Shown in pieces: positions 27,393 to 35,338 of a DNA stretch of 35,338 nucleotides (the stretch's first letter is position 1; every line of letters starts with the position of its first letter). The notes under the pieces were generated by a model. The model was given only the letters and a program-made list of their open reading frames with translations, was not told the DNA's origin and searched no databases. A program made the position numbers and the translations under genes. This stretch comes from a virus, in the UHGV virus genome UHGV-0289455; one strand, written 5' to 3'.

Positions 27393-28283
27393 CTAAATAC
27401 GCACTTTAAGATAAGTCAGCCCCGGATGAAGCCAGTAAGCCGGCACTTTTTTAAAGGGTGGAGTATTAAAATCACGAAGAAGAGCCTCCCGCACAATTGC
27501 ATCCTTATCAGCACCACTGGCCAGCGCTTCAATCTCAGCGGCTACCTGAAGATATCCCATGCAACGGCCAACGCGCTTCATCAGCCCCTGCTTTTTATTG
27601 TTCTTCAGGTAATCAATGGCAAATTCAATGAGCTCCTCACTGTGCTGGTGCGATGGAGGTGTTACTTTCCCATTTTCTGAGATGGTTATTTTCCCAGCAT
27701 CACCGGATACAACAAAGGATGGCCGGTTACACTCCCATTCCGGGTCACTGAAATTATCATTATGAATACTGAAACACTCTGCGAGATTTCTGCTCATCAC
27801 TTTCCGACAATAATCGTCAAACGCAGCAAACTGCTTTTCATCGCCAGAAGGCACCAATATCGACCATTTCTTATTCAGCTCAACGACGTAGCTCTCCAGT
27901 TTTTCAATACGTGATTCAACATCATCTTTTTCTGACCGCAGTGTTGACGGCGGCATCTTCAGAGAACAAGTAATTCTTCCCGGTAGCTTTCCTTTGTAGG
28001 TTATCAACACATCCTGCGCCTCTAAAATTACGGGGCGCTTTTCCGGCAACGGTTCGTTCCATTCACATAACCCGGCAGCAACATCCATGAAAAACTGCTT
28101 CGCCTGCTTTTTCGCCTCAGCTTCGTAAAACTCCAGCGTGGCACCTTCAGTACGGTCAAGACTAATCGCCACATCTGGCAACAACAGCGACGCTTGCCCG
28201 TCACCTTCCGACTTCACAGTAACAGTAACCTTATCCCCGTAATTATTTATCCCCTTAACAACCAGTTCATATTTTTTATTCAT
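27393..28283 (-). CDS. 296-aa soluble protein of unknown function inserted between holin and endolysin
   Basis: ATG at 28281-28283, 4 nt after the holin stop, with a GGGGAGAG Shine-Dalgarno inside the holin 3' end. No signal peptide, TM segment or motif I recognise; GC appears lower than in neighbouring genes. Confidence 0.6.
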   Translation of the reverse strand: MNKKYELVVKGINNYGDKVTVTVKSEGDGQASLLLPDVAISLDRTEGATLEFYEAEAKKQAKQFFMDVAAGLCEWNEPLPEKRPVILEAQDVLITYKGKLPGRITCSLKMPPSTLRSEKDDVESRIEKLESYVVELNKKWSILVPSGDEKQFAAFDDYCRKVMSRNLAECFSIHNDNFSDPEWECNRPSFVVSGDAGKITISENGKVTPPSHQHSEELIEFAIDYLKNNKKQGLMKRVGRCMGYLQVAAEIEALASGADKDAIVREALLRDFNTPPFKKVPAYWLHPGLTYLKVRI

Positions 28284-28287
28284 CACT

Positions 28288-28503
28288 TTACTCTCCCCGC
28301 GCCGCCTTACGCCGGTCCTCTTTGATTTTGAAATACAGGTTAGTCAGGTACGTCAGCAGCCCAAACAGCAGACTCCCCAGCACGCCTATTGCCGCCCACT
28401 GAGACGGGGAAACCCTGTCCAGCAACTGCAGGAACCAGTAGCCCGTTCCCACCGCTGACGTGGTGTATGACACACCTGTTGTGATTTTTTCCATCTGGTA
28501 CAT
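28288..28503 (-). CDS. S: pinholin S (phage-21 S-like, dual-start motif M-Y-Q-M)
   Basis: [71 protein letters not shown] matches S21 as recalled (71 aa). GGGAGA Shine-Dalgarno upstream. Confidence 0.85.
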   Translation of the reverse strand: MYQMEKITTGVSYTTSAVGTGYWFLQLLDRVSPSQWAAIGVLGSLLFGLLTYLTNLYFKIKEDRRKAARGE

Positions 28504-28579
28504 ACCCCGTCTCCCGTTATCCGGAAGCTCACAACAATATAAAGACCACCGGCACACACCGATGGTCCCTTGCGCAGGC

Positions 28580-28825
28580 TTACATCATCATGTCGCTGTC
28601 AGGTGTGGGTTCACCGCCATCTGAAGCACTCCCGTCACCCGCGATACCTTCCGGCTCCGGAACCGCTGGTACGCCCAGCAGCTCATCCAGAATGGCATCC
28701 ACTTCTGCATCAAGACGCGACTCAAGGTTCTGGCGGAGTTTCTGTTTCAGTGCGCTCAGGACTTCTTCAGAGCGCAGGACTTCCTTCACTGCCTCAGCAG
28801 TGACCAGGGATGTGATTTCTGACAT
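28580..28825 (-). CDS. 81-aa acidic hypothetical protein upstream of the holin
   Basis: Internal ATG of the tracked 139-aa ORF chosen (MSEITSLV...); very acidic C-terminus; weak ribosome-binding site. Confidence 0.35.
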   Translation of the reverse strand: MSEITSLVTAEAVKEVLRSEEVLSALKQKLRQNLESRLDAEVDAILDELLGVPAVPEPEGIAGDGSASDGGEPTPDSDMMM

Positions 28826-28862
28826 GGGATTTTCTCGTTGAAAGGTGTTGTCAAGAAAGTGA

Positions 28863-29045
28863 CTACGGAATGAGCGGATCTTCGGGTTTGCTTCCGGCTG
28901 ACTGACTGGCGCTGATTCTCTCAGCGGCCCTTTTATCAATCTGCCTGCGCCAGAAATCGCGCACTGCCCTGTACCCACCCGAAAGAAGATACATAACACA
29001 GACTGCCATACAGAAGTACAGCATTACCTGATGAATAAATGTCAT
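28863..29045 (-). CDS. 60-aa small membrane protein
   Basis: ATG start, one hydrophobic helix (VMLYFCMAVCVMYLLSGG) then a basic tail; weak ribosome-binding site. Confidence 0.3.
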   Translation of the reverse strand: MTFIHQVMLYFCMAVCVMYLLSGGYRAVRDFWRRQIDKRAAERISASQSAGSKPEDPLIP

Positions 29046-29063
29046 AATTTCTTACCGTTATGG

Positions 29064-29180
29064 TTGACAATGAGAACTGTTTTCATTTAGAAATGATTGA
29101 TGTCGAAAACATCTTTTCTTTACATTCTCCATTGGGATTACCTCCGCCAGCTTCCATTCCTGCCGCTGGCGGCTTTTTTT
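29064..29180 (+). ncRNA. candidate opposite-strand transcription unit (TTGACA -35, weak -10, terminator) in the nanS-p 3' intergenic region
   Basis: Perfect TTGACA at 29064-29069; a 7-bp stem (cgccagc/gctggcg) plus TTTTTTT at 29145-29180 on the plus strand. No convincing ORF. Confidence 0.2.
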
Positions 29181-29181
29181 A

Positions 29182-31158
29182 TCATGCCGCGATGTCCGCG
29201 TTGTTCACTTCCACCTTCACACTGTCAATCAGCAGCGTATATGTCGCCGCCTTTGATATGCCTGTCAGTTGCAGTTTGTCCGCCGCCCCTGATGCCGGAG
29301 ATTTCACCAGTGTGAACGGCGTCCCCCGTTTCTCATCCAGTACCGGCGTCACCTGAATGCTGTTGTTTCCGGCAAACTCAAAAGCCAGTGTGTGCCATCC
29401 GTTATCAAAGACCCCGAACGTTTCCAGCTTCGCATTCGGCTTCTTGTGGTGCATCGCGTTCAGGTTCGTCGCATCCGTCTGCAGAAAGAAGGACATCAGC
29501 ATGTCGTTGCCTTCCTCTGCCAGCGTCACTCCCTCCGGCAGGGACGACAACTGCCAGTAAATGCCCAGGGCAAACTGATTCGGCACCAGTGAACCCGGCA
29601 ACTTAAACCGTACGCTCACACGTCCCCCCTTCTTCAGTAACTCCACTCCCTGTCCGGCTGCATCATGCTCCAGAAACCAGATGTGGTTTTCCGGTTTATT
29701 CAGTTGCAGGGCCTTACCTCCCGTAGCCCCCGCATCACTGACCACCGCTTCAGCAATGTTTTTGTTAACATTGTCTCCGCTCGCCGGTTTGTGATAATAG
29801 CGCCAGCCCTGTGATGCCAGGTCTTCGCCGGACGCCAGCAGACTCATCAGGGTTCGGTTACTGACCGGGGCTTCCGGCTCTCTCTCCGTACCTTCACCGG
29901 AAGGTCCGGTGGGCTTCACCGTATCAGGCTGTTTTCCGGTAATGAATTCAGCGTTTCTCCCGGCATGCACAAGAATCGCCGTTGCCAGACGGTCGGAAAT
30001 AATCCCACGACGTGCCCATGATCCAAAATGCGTTTTACGGTCAGCCGTCGTCCAGGTTTTGGCGTCCGTTCGACCACCGGCTCCGTAATACCCAATATCC
30101 GCAACATCCGGATCTTCTGACGGCTCGTTGGTACCCACATTTCGCCCGTTTTCATCCGTCATAAACGGCACAAAGAAGATTTTTTTTGCGGATTTCGTCT
30201 TGTATGCACCATACACCGCATCGTATTGCGAAGAATAAGTCTGCTTCCAGTAGTAGGTCGTGTCGCCACAAATCCAGGGAACCGATGACGGAGAGCCCCC
30301 GAGACACTGACCTCCGAATTCCGACAGGTCAGAACGATATTTTTCCACCATGGAATCAAACAGCCCCGGCTGGGTGGCGTATGCACCCTGTTTCAAATCA
30401 AACTCGCCCTGCATCCAGACCACTGCAAGCAGAATATTTTTAGGGTTGGCCTTCAGTGCGGCCTGAGTACGGGTAAGCAGGTCCTTGTACAGTGGCTTAT
30501 CTACACCCCAGCGTGCCGAGGTCTCGCTTGCGCCGGTGGATTCGCTGAAGGTACCTTCATCGCCCGCCAAAAATGCAGAACCACCACGGCAGCACGGAAC
30601 CAGAAGAATACCGGCATTCGCCGGAATAAACGGCAACAATTTCTTCGCGATATGTAATCCCTGCCCCACGCATCCATACTGAGCTGCACTGGCTTTCGGG
30701 TGTGAAAACTTACTCAAATCCTGAACATCATGCAGGCAGTGGTCCGCAGGAATAATGTCATTGTAGTTACAGAACGCACCACCCGGCGTGACAGTGCTGC
30801 GACGCGCCAGCTGTTTAATACGCGGGTCCGGACGGTCATATGTCTCCGGCAGCGGAAGCCCTTCACCATACGCCATACCGTTTGACTGCCCGGCCAGGGC
30901 AACAACAAAGTAATACTCCGGGTTGCTGGTGGTGCTGATAACTGCGCCTTCTCCATCCGACGGCTTCACCACCACAGGTGTGGTGACATCACCTTCCGCC
31001 GCAATGGCCTGCATCAGGGTATAAGGCGTGATGGCCACCGGACTGCCAAATGGCTGCCACCCCTCCTTCAGTTTTTGTGTCAGTCGTTTCGCAAGGTCTG
31101 ACGGCGATGCCGCCCTGACAACATCATAGTGTTTAAATGCCATGGTTCTTTCCACCAT
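29182..31158 (-). CDS. nanS-p: prophage-encoded sialate O-acetylesterase NanS-p (DUF1737 N-domain, SGNH/SASA esterase domain, C-terminal carbohydrate-binding region)
   Basis: 658 aa. N-terminus MAFKHYDVVRAASPSDLAKRLTQKLKEGWQPFGSPVA is the DUF1737 signature, followed by VVALAGQSNGMAYGEG (SGNH GQSN motif). Sits between the Q/tRNA region and the holin, as in Stx-phage-like prophages. Confidence 0.85.
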   Translation of the reverse strand: MVERTMAFKHYDVVRAASPSDLAKRLTQKLKEGWQPFGSPVAITPYTLMQAIAAEGDVTTPVVVKPSDGEGAVISTTSNPEYYFVVALAGQSNGMAYGEGLPLPETYDRPDPRIKQLARRSTVTPGGAFCNYNDIIPADHCLHDVQDLSKFSHPKASAAQYGCVGQGLHIAKKLLPFIPANAGILLVPCCRGGSAFLAGDEGTFSESTGASETSARWGVDKPLYKDLLTRTQAALKANPKNILLAVVWMQGEFDLKQGAYATQPGLFDSMVEKYRSDLSEFGGQCLGGSPSSVPWICGDTTYYWKQTYSSQYDAVYGAYKTKSAKKIFFVPFMTDENGRNVGTNEPSEDPDVADIGYYGAGGRTDAKTWTTADRKTHFGSWARRGIISDRLATAILVHAGRNAEFITGKQPDTVKPTGPSGEGTEREPEAPVSNRTLMSLLASGEDLASQGWRYYHKPASGDNVNKNIAEAVVSDAGATGGKALQLNKPENHIWFLEHDAAGQGVELLKKGGRVSVRFKLPGSLVPNQFALGIYWQLSSLPEGVTLAEEGNDMLMSFFLQTDATNLNAMHHKKPNAKLETFGVFDNGWHTLAFEFAGNNSIQVTPVLDEKRGTPFTLVKSPASGAADKLQLTGISKAATYTLLIDSVKVEVNNADIAA

Positions 31159-31403
31159 CTGAAAAATAATTCTTTAAAATACCTGACATGTAATACAGAA
31201 AAAACACAAAACCATACCTTAAATAAAAACCTCATCATCAAGCAGATATGCATGGATAAACTACAAGACGAGATATAAACCACCCTGCATTTAAATAAAC
31301 AATAAACAACATCAGAAAAATAATTCTGCTCTATGGTTTACATTCAAAAATATCATTTATACTTTTCAGAACATCACCAGCAAGACATAAACAAGGAGAC
31401 TAA

Positions 31404-31739
31404 ATGAAGTGGATTGTGATTGATACAGTTATCCAACCATCATGCGGAATATCTTTTTCAGTCATATGGAGTAAAATAAAATTAATAATCTGGTATCAAT
31501 CGGATGCTTTCTTACCTCCTGAAAGTATATTTACACTGACTCACACAGGTATCATGCTCAATAACAAAGTGCTACCTGTAACCATTTACAACGTAGCACC
31601 ATTCAATAAAACATTCTGGAATTTAATCAAAAACAGCCAGGAATGTCCTACAAATACAGATAACGTATTGAATGAATGCTTTAATAACCGTTGCACTCTG
31701 CAAATATGTCCTTATGGACTAAAACAACAAAGTCCATAA
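31404..31739 (+). CDS. hypothetical protein encoded on an AT-rich moron, opposite to the late operon
   Basis: 111-aa ORF with a canonical AAGGAG Shine-Dalgarno 7 nt upstream; the surrounding segment (about 31160-31760) is conspicuously AT-rich; GC-rich hairpin at 31781-31803 downstream. Cysteine-rich C-terminal part. Confidence 0.5.
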   Translation: MKWIVIDTVIQPSCGISFSVIWSKIKLIIWYQSDAFLPPESIFTLTHTGIMLNNKVLPVTIYNVAPFNKTFWNLIKNSQECPTNTDNVLNECFNNRCTLQICPYGLKQQSP

Positions 31740-32186
31740 GGAGTTTACTCACATCTGACAAAATCAATATAAACAGCCCCTCCGGAGAGGGGCTGGAGAG
31801 TGGCGCTATGTGCCATTGCATGGTGCCGGGTGCCTCCCGGTGAATTCAGTACCAGCACCTGAATCCGCGATTATCCCATATACCTACTCGCTGATTGCCC
31901 CTCCGCACAGGGGGATTCACCATGCCAGTTTCTTTTAACAAACTCCCCGCAAACCAGACAACAGTCAACCGCCTGAATTGTGAAGTATTTAAAAATTTCT
32001 CCCGCTAACTGATACCCGGCTAACAGTCTGGCGTTTTCTTTTTCAGCAACGGGAAAGCAACAACCACCACACCCGCCACCAGCACACCGTCAGCCAGCAC
32101 TGACATTATCCGGCTGCTGCAATGCCACTCACAAAAACAGTAAGCAATCACTTTTTACCGTAACAAGTGATAATCCAGATATGTAT

Positions 32187-32540
32187 CTACCCCAGATGAG
32201 TAATCCGAAGTTCATCCATACCACAGGTACTGGCTATTCTGTTGTACTCCTGAACAAGAGCAAATAATTCTGAATTAGCAACCATGAACTCATCGCAAAC
32301 CCTCTGTATAGCATCACTATTCAGAATAATAACGTCTCTTCCCGAAAGACGATCAGGAGTACAGAACAAAACTGTCAAACGGCTGAAGGCCTTTGCTCGT
32401 CCTGCATTGACTATATCAATACGCTGCCTAAGGATGAAACACCCCGACGCCTCATCAATATTCACTCTACCCACACCATATGAATGATAAATATTTAATG
32501 CTGAAAAAACCATTAGACCGTATAACAAACACTCAATCAA
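32187..32540 (-). CDS. hypothetical protein in the stx-equivalent slot (weak call)
   Basis: 117-aa ORF starting with TTG (first ATG at codon 10), no convincing Shine-Dalgarno; low GC. Confidence 0.25.
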   Translation of the reverse strand: MIECLLYGLMVFSALNIYHSYGVGRVNIDEASGCFILRQRIDIVNAGRAKAFSRLTVLFCTPDRLSGRDVIILNSDAIQRVCDEFMVANSELFALVQEYNRIASTCGMDELRITHLG

Positions 32541-32653
32541 TACTTAACAGAACTTTTATTTTTGACAAACATAAAATATTTTCAACAATATCCTGAGCCA
32601 GGTATATTTCAGTATAAGGCTCTGCCGGAAGGAATCTGGAAGAATGAATATAG

Positions 32654-32727
32654 CGCGCTGTACTGGATTCGAACCAGTGACCGATTGCTTAGAAGGCAAT
32701 TGCTCTGTCCGGCTGAGCTAACAACGC
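32654..32727 (-). tRNA. tRNA-Arg (anticodon UCU)
   Basis: Minus strand GCGTTGTTAGCTCAGCCGGACAGAGCAATTGCCTTCTAAGCAATCGGTCACTGGTTCGAATCCAGTACAGCGCG: cloverleaf with a GTTCGAATC T-loop and a TCT anticodon loop; CCA not encoded. Confidence 0.85.
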
Positions 32728-32827
32728 TGAATACCGATAATGGACCGCCATCGGGGACCCGCCCCCGCACCAACAACCCTGTTATCGTGTCGTCTGCTCT
32801 TCCTGATAAGCTAATGGCGGTTTGTGA

Positions 32828-32903
32828 TGGTGGCCCTTGCTGGATTTGAACCAGCGACCTGGCGATTATGAGTCGCTCGCTCTCACCACTGAGCTAAAGG
32901 GCC
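32828..32903 (-). tRNA. tRNA with CAU anticodon (tRNA-Ile2/Met type, ileZ-like of Stx-phage tRNA clusters)
   Basis: Minus strand GGCCCTTTAGCTCAGTGGTGAGAGCGAGCGACTCATAATCGCCAGGTCGCTGGTTCAAATCCAGCAAGGGCCACCA, with encoded CCA; resembles E. coli ileX as recalled. Confidence 0.85.
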
Positions 32904-32942
32904 GGGAGCAGAATAATAACGGTCCGTAATTAATTCCGCAAT

Positions 32943-32964
32943 AAAAAACCCGCTCGGCGGCGGG
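32943..32964 (-). terminator. tR'-like rho-independent terminator downstream of pR'
   Basis: Minus strand: stem cccgc/gcggg followed by TTTTTTATT. Confidence 0.6.
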
Positions 32965-33013
32965 TTGTAGAAACTCTTCTAACGTCAGGCATAAAAAGCC
33001 CATTGTTATGACG

Positions 33014-33041
33014 AATTTACCACAGATTCCGGAAAAATCAA
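33014..33041 (-). promoter_or_regulatory. late promoter pR' (TTGATT, 16-bp spacer, TAAATT) immediately after Q
   Basis: Minus strand ...TTGATTtttccggaatctgtggTAAATT...; lambda pR' has TTGACT/TAAATT as I recall. Lies 0-30 nt downstream of the Q stop. Confidence 0.6.
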
Positions 33042-33046
33042 CCTTG

Positions 33047-33868
33047 TTACCTAGTTACCTTTTTTAACTGCCGCTCAGCCCATGCTTCTTCAATATCAAA
33101 CCGGGTCACCAGCGCATCATAGAATTTCTTAACTGTTTTTTCCCATGACGCGCGTGTTATCTGGTTTGTCACCTCGCATATAGCATTAAATGCCTCCGTT
33201 GATGGTAGTCTTTCATAGCCACGACCACCACAACGCTGGCAGTCTCTGATAACAGGCATACCACGTTTTACCGACTCTTCACGATGAATGGCGACACCAC
33301 GCCCACGGCAATCCTTACAGGCGGTGGAAACCTCACCCTTTCCGCCACACTCCGGACAGGCAACTTTTACCACCTCCCTGACTTTTTTCCATTCTTCCCA
33401 GTAAGACGAATACACACCTTTCGTACACTTTGCCCATACCGGCGGCTTACCATCCGGATACTGGACCTTGTTTGTAAAAACTACGCTTTCAATAAATTTT
33501 TCCCCATAGCAACAAGGGCACTGCTTTTTACTCGCTGCGCTGCGGGCATAATCCTCAAAAGCGTACGAAGCCATAATGCGCATCACTACCGGTTTTATTT
33601 CTGCCGGAAGTTTTCTCAACGCCGCCACACGATCGCACCGACTGAGTGCATAATCTGCCAGTAATTCTGTTGCCCGCGCCCTGTCATTCATACTGATGCC
33701 CATTTTCCCCAGGAACGCAGAAAAACCCATCTCAGCCCGATTCTGTGTCATGCCCTGCGCGGCCATCACATCAGTGATACTCAGCGCATCTTTTGACGTT
33801 GAGGCCGATGCATCGGTCAGGCCAGGGGATTTTGGGGAGTAGTATTTCGGTAAATCTTCCAGTTTCAT
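33047..33868 (-). CDS. Q: late antiterminator Q (zinc-finger Q family, QuuQ-like)
   Basis: 273 aa with four CxxC pairs (CPCC, CPEC...CKDC, CQRC); located immediately upstream of pR' and the tRNAs. Confidence 0.7.
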   Translation of the reverse strand: MKLEDLPKYYSPKSPGLTDASASTSKDALSITDVMAAQGMTQNRAEMGFSAFLGKMGISMNDRARATELLADYALSRCDRVAALRKLPAEIKPVVMRIMASYAFEDYARSAASKKQCPCCYGEKFIESVVFTNKVQYPDGKPPVWAKCTKGVYSSYWEEWKKVREVVKVACPECGGKGEVSTACKDCRGRGVAIHREESVKRGMPVIRDCQRCGGRGYERLPSTEAFNAICEVTNQITRASWEKTVKKFYDALVTRFDIEEAWAERQLKKVTR

Positions 33869-33882
33869 TTTTTGACCTGCTC

Positions 33883-34245
33883 TTAATGCATTATGGGGTA
33901 AATCTTCACCCCCAGACGTCCACCAGATACTGGCTGACCACGAACGATATTGATTTCATCAAACTGCTCATCGTCCATTAACACTCCCGCATGCGTCAGC
34001 GCATCCAGCGGTGCTTTCAGGATATTGTCCAGGTCGCGACGACGCTTATCCGGTGGCTCTGCAATCACCTTTATCGCCAGCCTTCCGGACAGGTTTAATT
34101 TCAGCCGCTGCTGGCGAACAATTAGCGCCACATCACGGCGATAACGCTTTCCGGCCTCCGAGATGAAATACGTATTGCCATGACGTCGCCAGTAGGTATT
34201 CACCGTCGGCGGGTAAGGCAAAACAAATTCTATGCGTTCAGTCAT
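33883..34245 (-). CDS. rusA: Holliday junction resolvase RusA
   Basis: 120 aa, VLPYPPTVNTYWRR...DKRRRDLDNILKAPLDAL motif typical of RusA. Confidence 0.85.
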   Translation of the reverse strand: MTERIEFVLPYPPTVNTYWRRHGNTYFISEAGKRYRRDVALIVRQQRLKLNLSGRLAIKVIAEPPDKRRRDLDNILKAPLDALTHAGVLMDDEQFDEINIVRGQPVSGGRLGVKIYPIMH

Positions 34246-35304
34246 TCATGCTTTCCACTTCAGGACACCCGAATTTCTCGCGTGCATTAAAAAACGAATC
34301 AGCAACAACAGCTGGCTGCCGTGTTTTTCTTCAAAATCTTTTACCCCGGCGTGCAGTTCGTTATGACATTTACGGCACAGCGGAATAACAAACAAATCAT
34401 CAGCCTTTGTTCCCATACCTCCCAGGCCATGATCAATGATGTGATGCGGATCATCTGCCTGATTACCGCACGTCATGCATTTCTGCGTTTTTACCCAGCG
34501 CGTGTATACAGGCATCTCTTCCCGTTGTGGTTTCTGGCGCTGGAGATACTGAGCCGGAGACTCCGGATCAACGGCGATGCTTACTAACGTCTTTTCCTGG
34601 AGTGGGGGCTGTTGCTGGTGGACGTGAAGTGGCAGCGCAATATTTTTTGTGCGCTGCTTCAGTATGCTGGTGGCAGTCTGTTCTCCCGGTACGATGTCAC
34701 TCTCACGGTATACGGAGCGGATTTTTTCCACCGGTAATCCCAGTGAACGACACAATACAGACTCCGGAAGCGCATCAGCCACCTGATTGCAGACCGCCCA
34801 CCAGGATAATTCGGCCAGCGATAACTCCCTCTCCTGCGTACCGCTGATTGCGTGACGGATGACGTCAATCATCCATGCTGACAAGTTTTGGTGAGCAAGT
34901 TGCTCAAGTGATTCTGAGGTCTGGTCACACAACTGGTTGTCGCAGTGCCAGCACAACACCATTGCGCCGGTACCATAACGGTGAATGACGGTTTCACTGT
35001 GGTGATAATCACCGTGTGGCCACTGGCAGGATTTAATATGGCGCAACAGCCAGTCAGACAGTGCACCAGCGCCGCCAGCAGCACGAATCACACGCTCATT
35101 GCTGAAAAATGGCAGTAATGATTTATCCTCCGCCAGCGGCTGGCGAACGGCAGGGACGACTCCGGATGGCAGGCCGCACATGCTTTTCGGTTCCGGCTCC
35201 ACCAGCACTCGAGGATTATGAAATATCTGTATGGATTCACGGCCCGGCTTAAGGACCACCAGCCCAAGCTCAGGCACCAGAACAGGTCTAAGTAATACCC
35301 GCAC
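34246..35304 (-). CDS. nin-region protein with C-terminal HNH-like Cys/His motif (DUF968/YdfU-like); start uncertain
   Basis: 352-aa ORF beginning at a GTG near the window edge. The C-terminus has CMTCGNQADDPHHIIDH...LCRKCHNELH. Stop abuts the rusA start. Confidence 0.5.
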   Translation of the reverse strand: MRVLLRPVLVPELGLVVLKPGRESIQIFHNPRVLVEPEPKSMCGLPSGVVPAVRQPLAEDKSLLPFFSNERVIRAAGGAGALSDWLLRHIKSCQWPHGDYHHSETVIHRYGTGAMVLCWHCDNQLCDQTSESLEQLAHQNLSAWMIDVIRHAISGTQERELSLAELSWWAVCNQVADALPESVLCRSLGLPVEKIRSVYRESDIVPGEQTATSILKQRTKNIALPLHVHQQQPPLQEKTLVSIAVDPESPAQYLQRQKPQREEMPVYTRWVKTQKCMTCGNQADDPHHIIDHGLGGMGTKADDLFVIPLCRKCHNELHAGVKDFEEKHGSQLLLLIRFLMHARNSGVLKWKA

Positions 35305-35338
35305 GTTACCTCCAGATCCGTTGCTGGAAAGTGCGGGA

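Noticed and set aside
29060-29356. 98-aa plus-strand ORF overlapping the nanS-p 3' end
   Set aside because: Runs through a terminator hairpin and antisense to nanS-p; more likely non-coding.
31160-32653. Shiga toxin genes stxA/stxB
   Set aside because: No ORF of the right size (about 315 aa plus about 89 aa) on the late strand between the tRNAs and nanS-p.
1-35338. CRISPR array, integrase, attachment site
   Set aside because: No array of short regularly spaced direct repeats seen; no integrase-like ORF in the window. The prophage ends presumably lie outside the window, and 1-145 is too short to interpret.

Overview
The window is almost entirely one lambdoid prophage of the E. coli/Shigella type, with the late operon on the minus strand (phage map runs from high to low coordinates). 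Reading in phage order: nin-region genes (DUF968-like, rusA, Q), pR'/tR', two tRNAs (CAU and Arg-UCU), a moron slot where Stx phages carry stx (no stx here), the nanS-p esterase, a phage-21-type lysis cassette (pinholin S, SAR endolysin R, Rz/Rz1) with extra ORFs inserted, a small TonB-C-domain lipoprotein, cos, terminase Nu1/A, lambda-like head genes (W, B, C, D, E, FI, FII) and tail genes (Z, U, V, G/G-T, H, M, L, K, I, J), a disrupted lom, a chimeric side tail fibre, and a left-end cargo methyltransferase flanked by two tail-fibre-assembly 3' remnants. All calls rest on my reading of the ORF translations against remembered lambda/P21 proteins, so names are from recollection, not from a search. 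The most interesting unexplained elements are a 296-aa ORF wedged between holin and endolysin, the TonB-C-domain lipoprotein next to cos, two small membrane ORFs between R and Rz, an AT-rich opposite-strand moron upstream of nanS-p, and a promoter/terminator-bracketed island between tail genes I and J. No CRISPR array, integrase or att site was seen.
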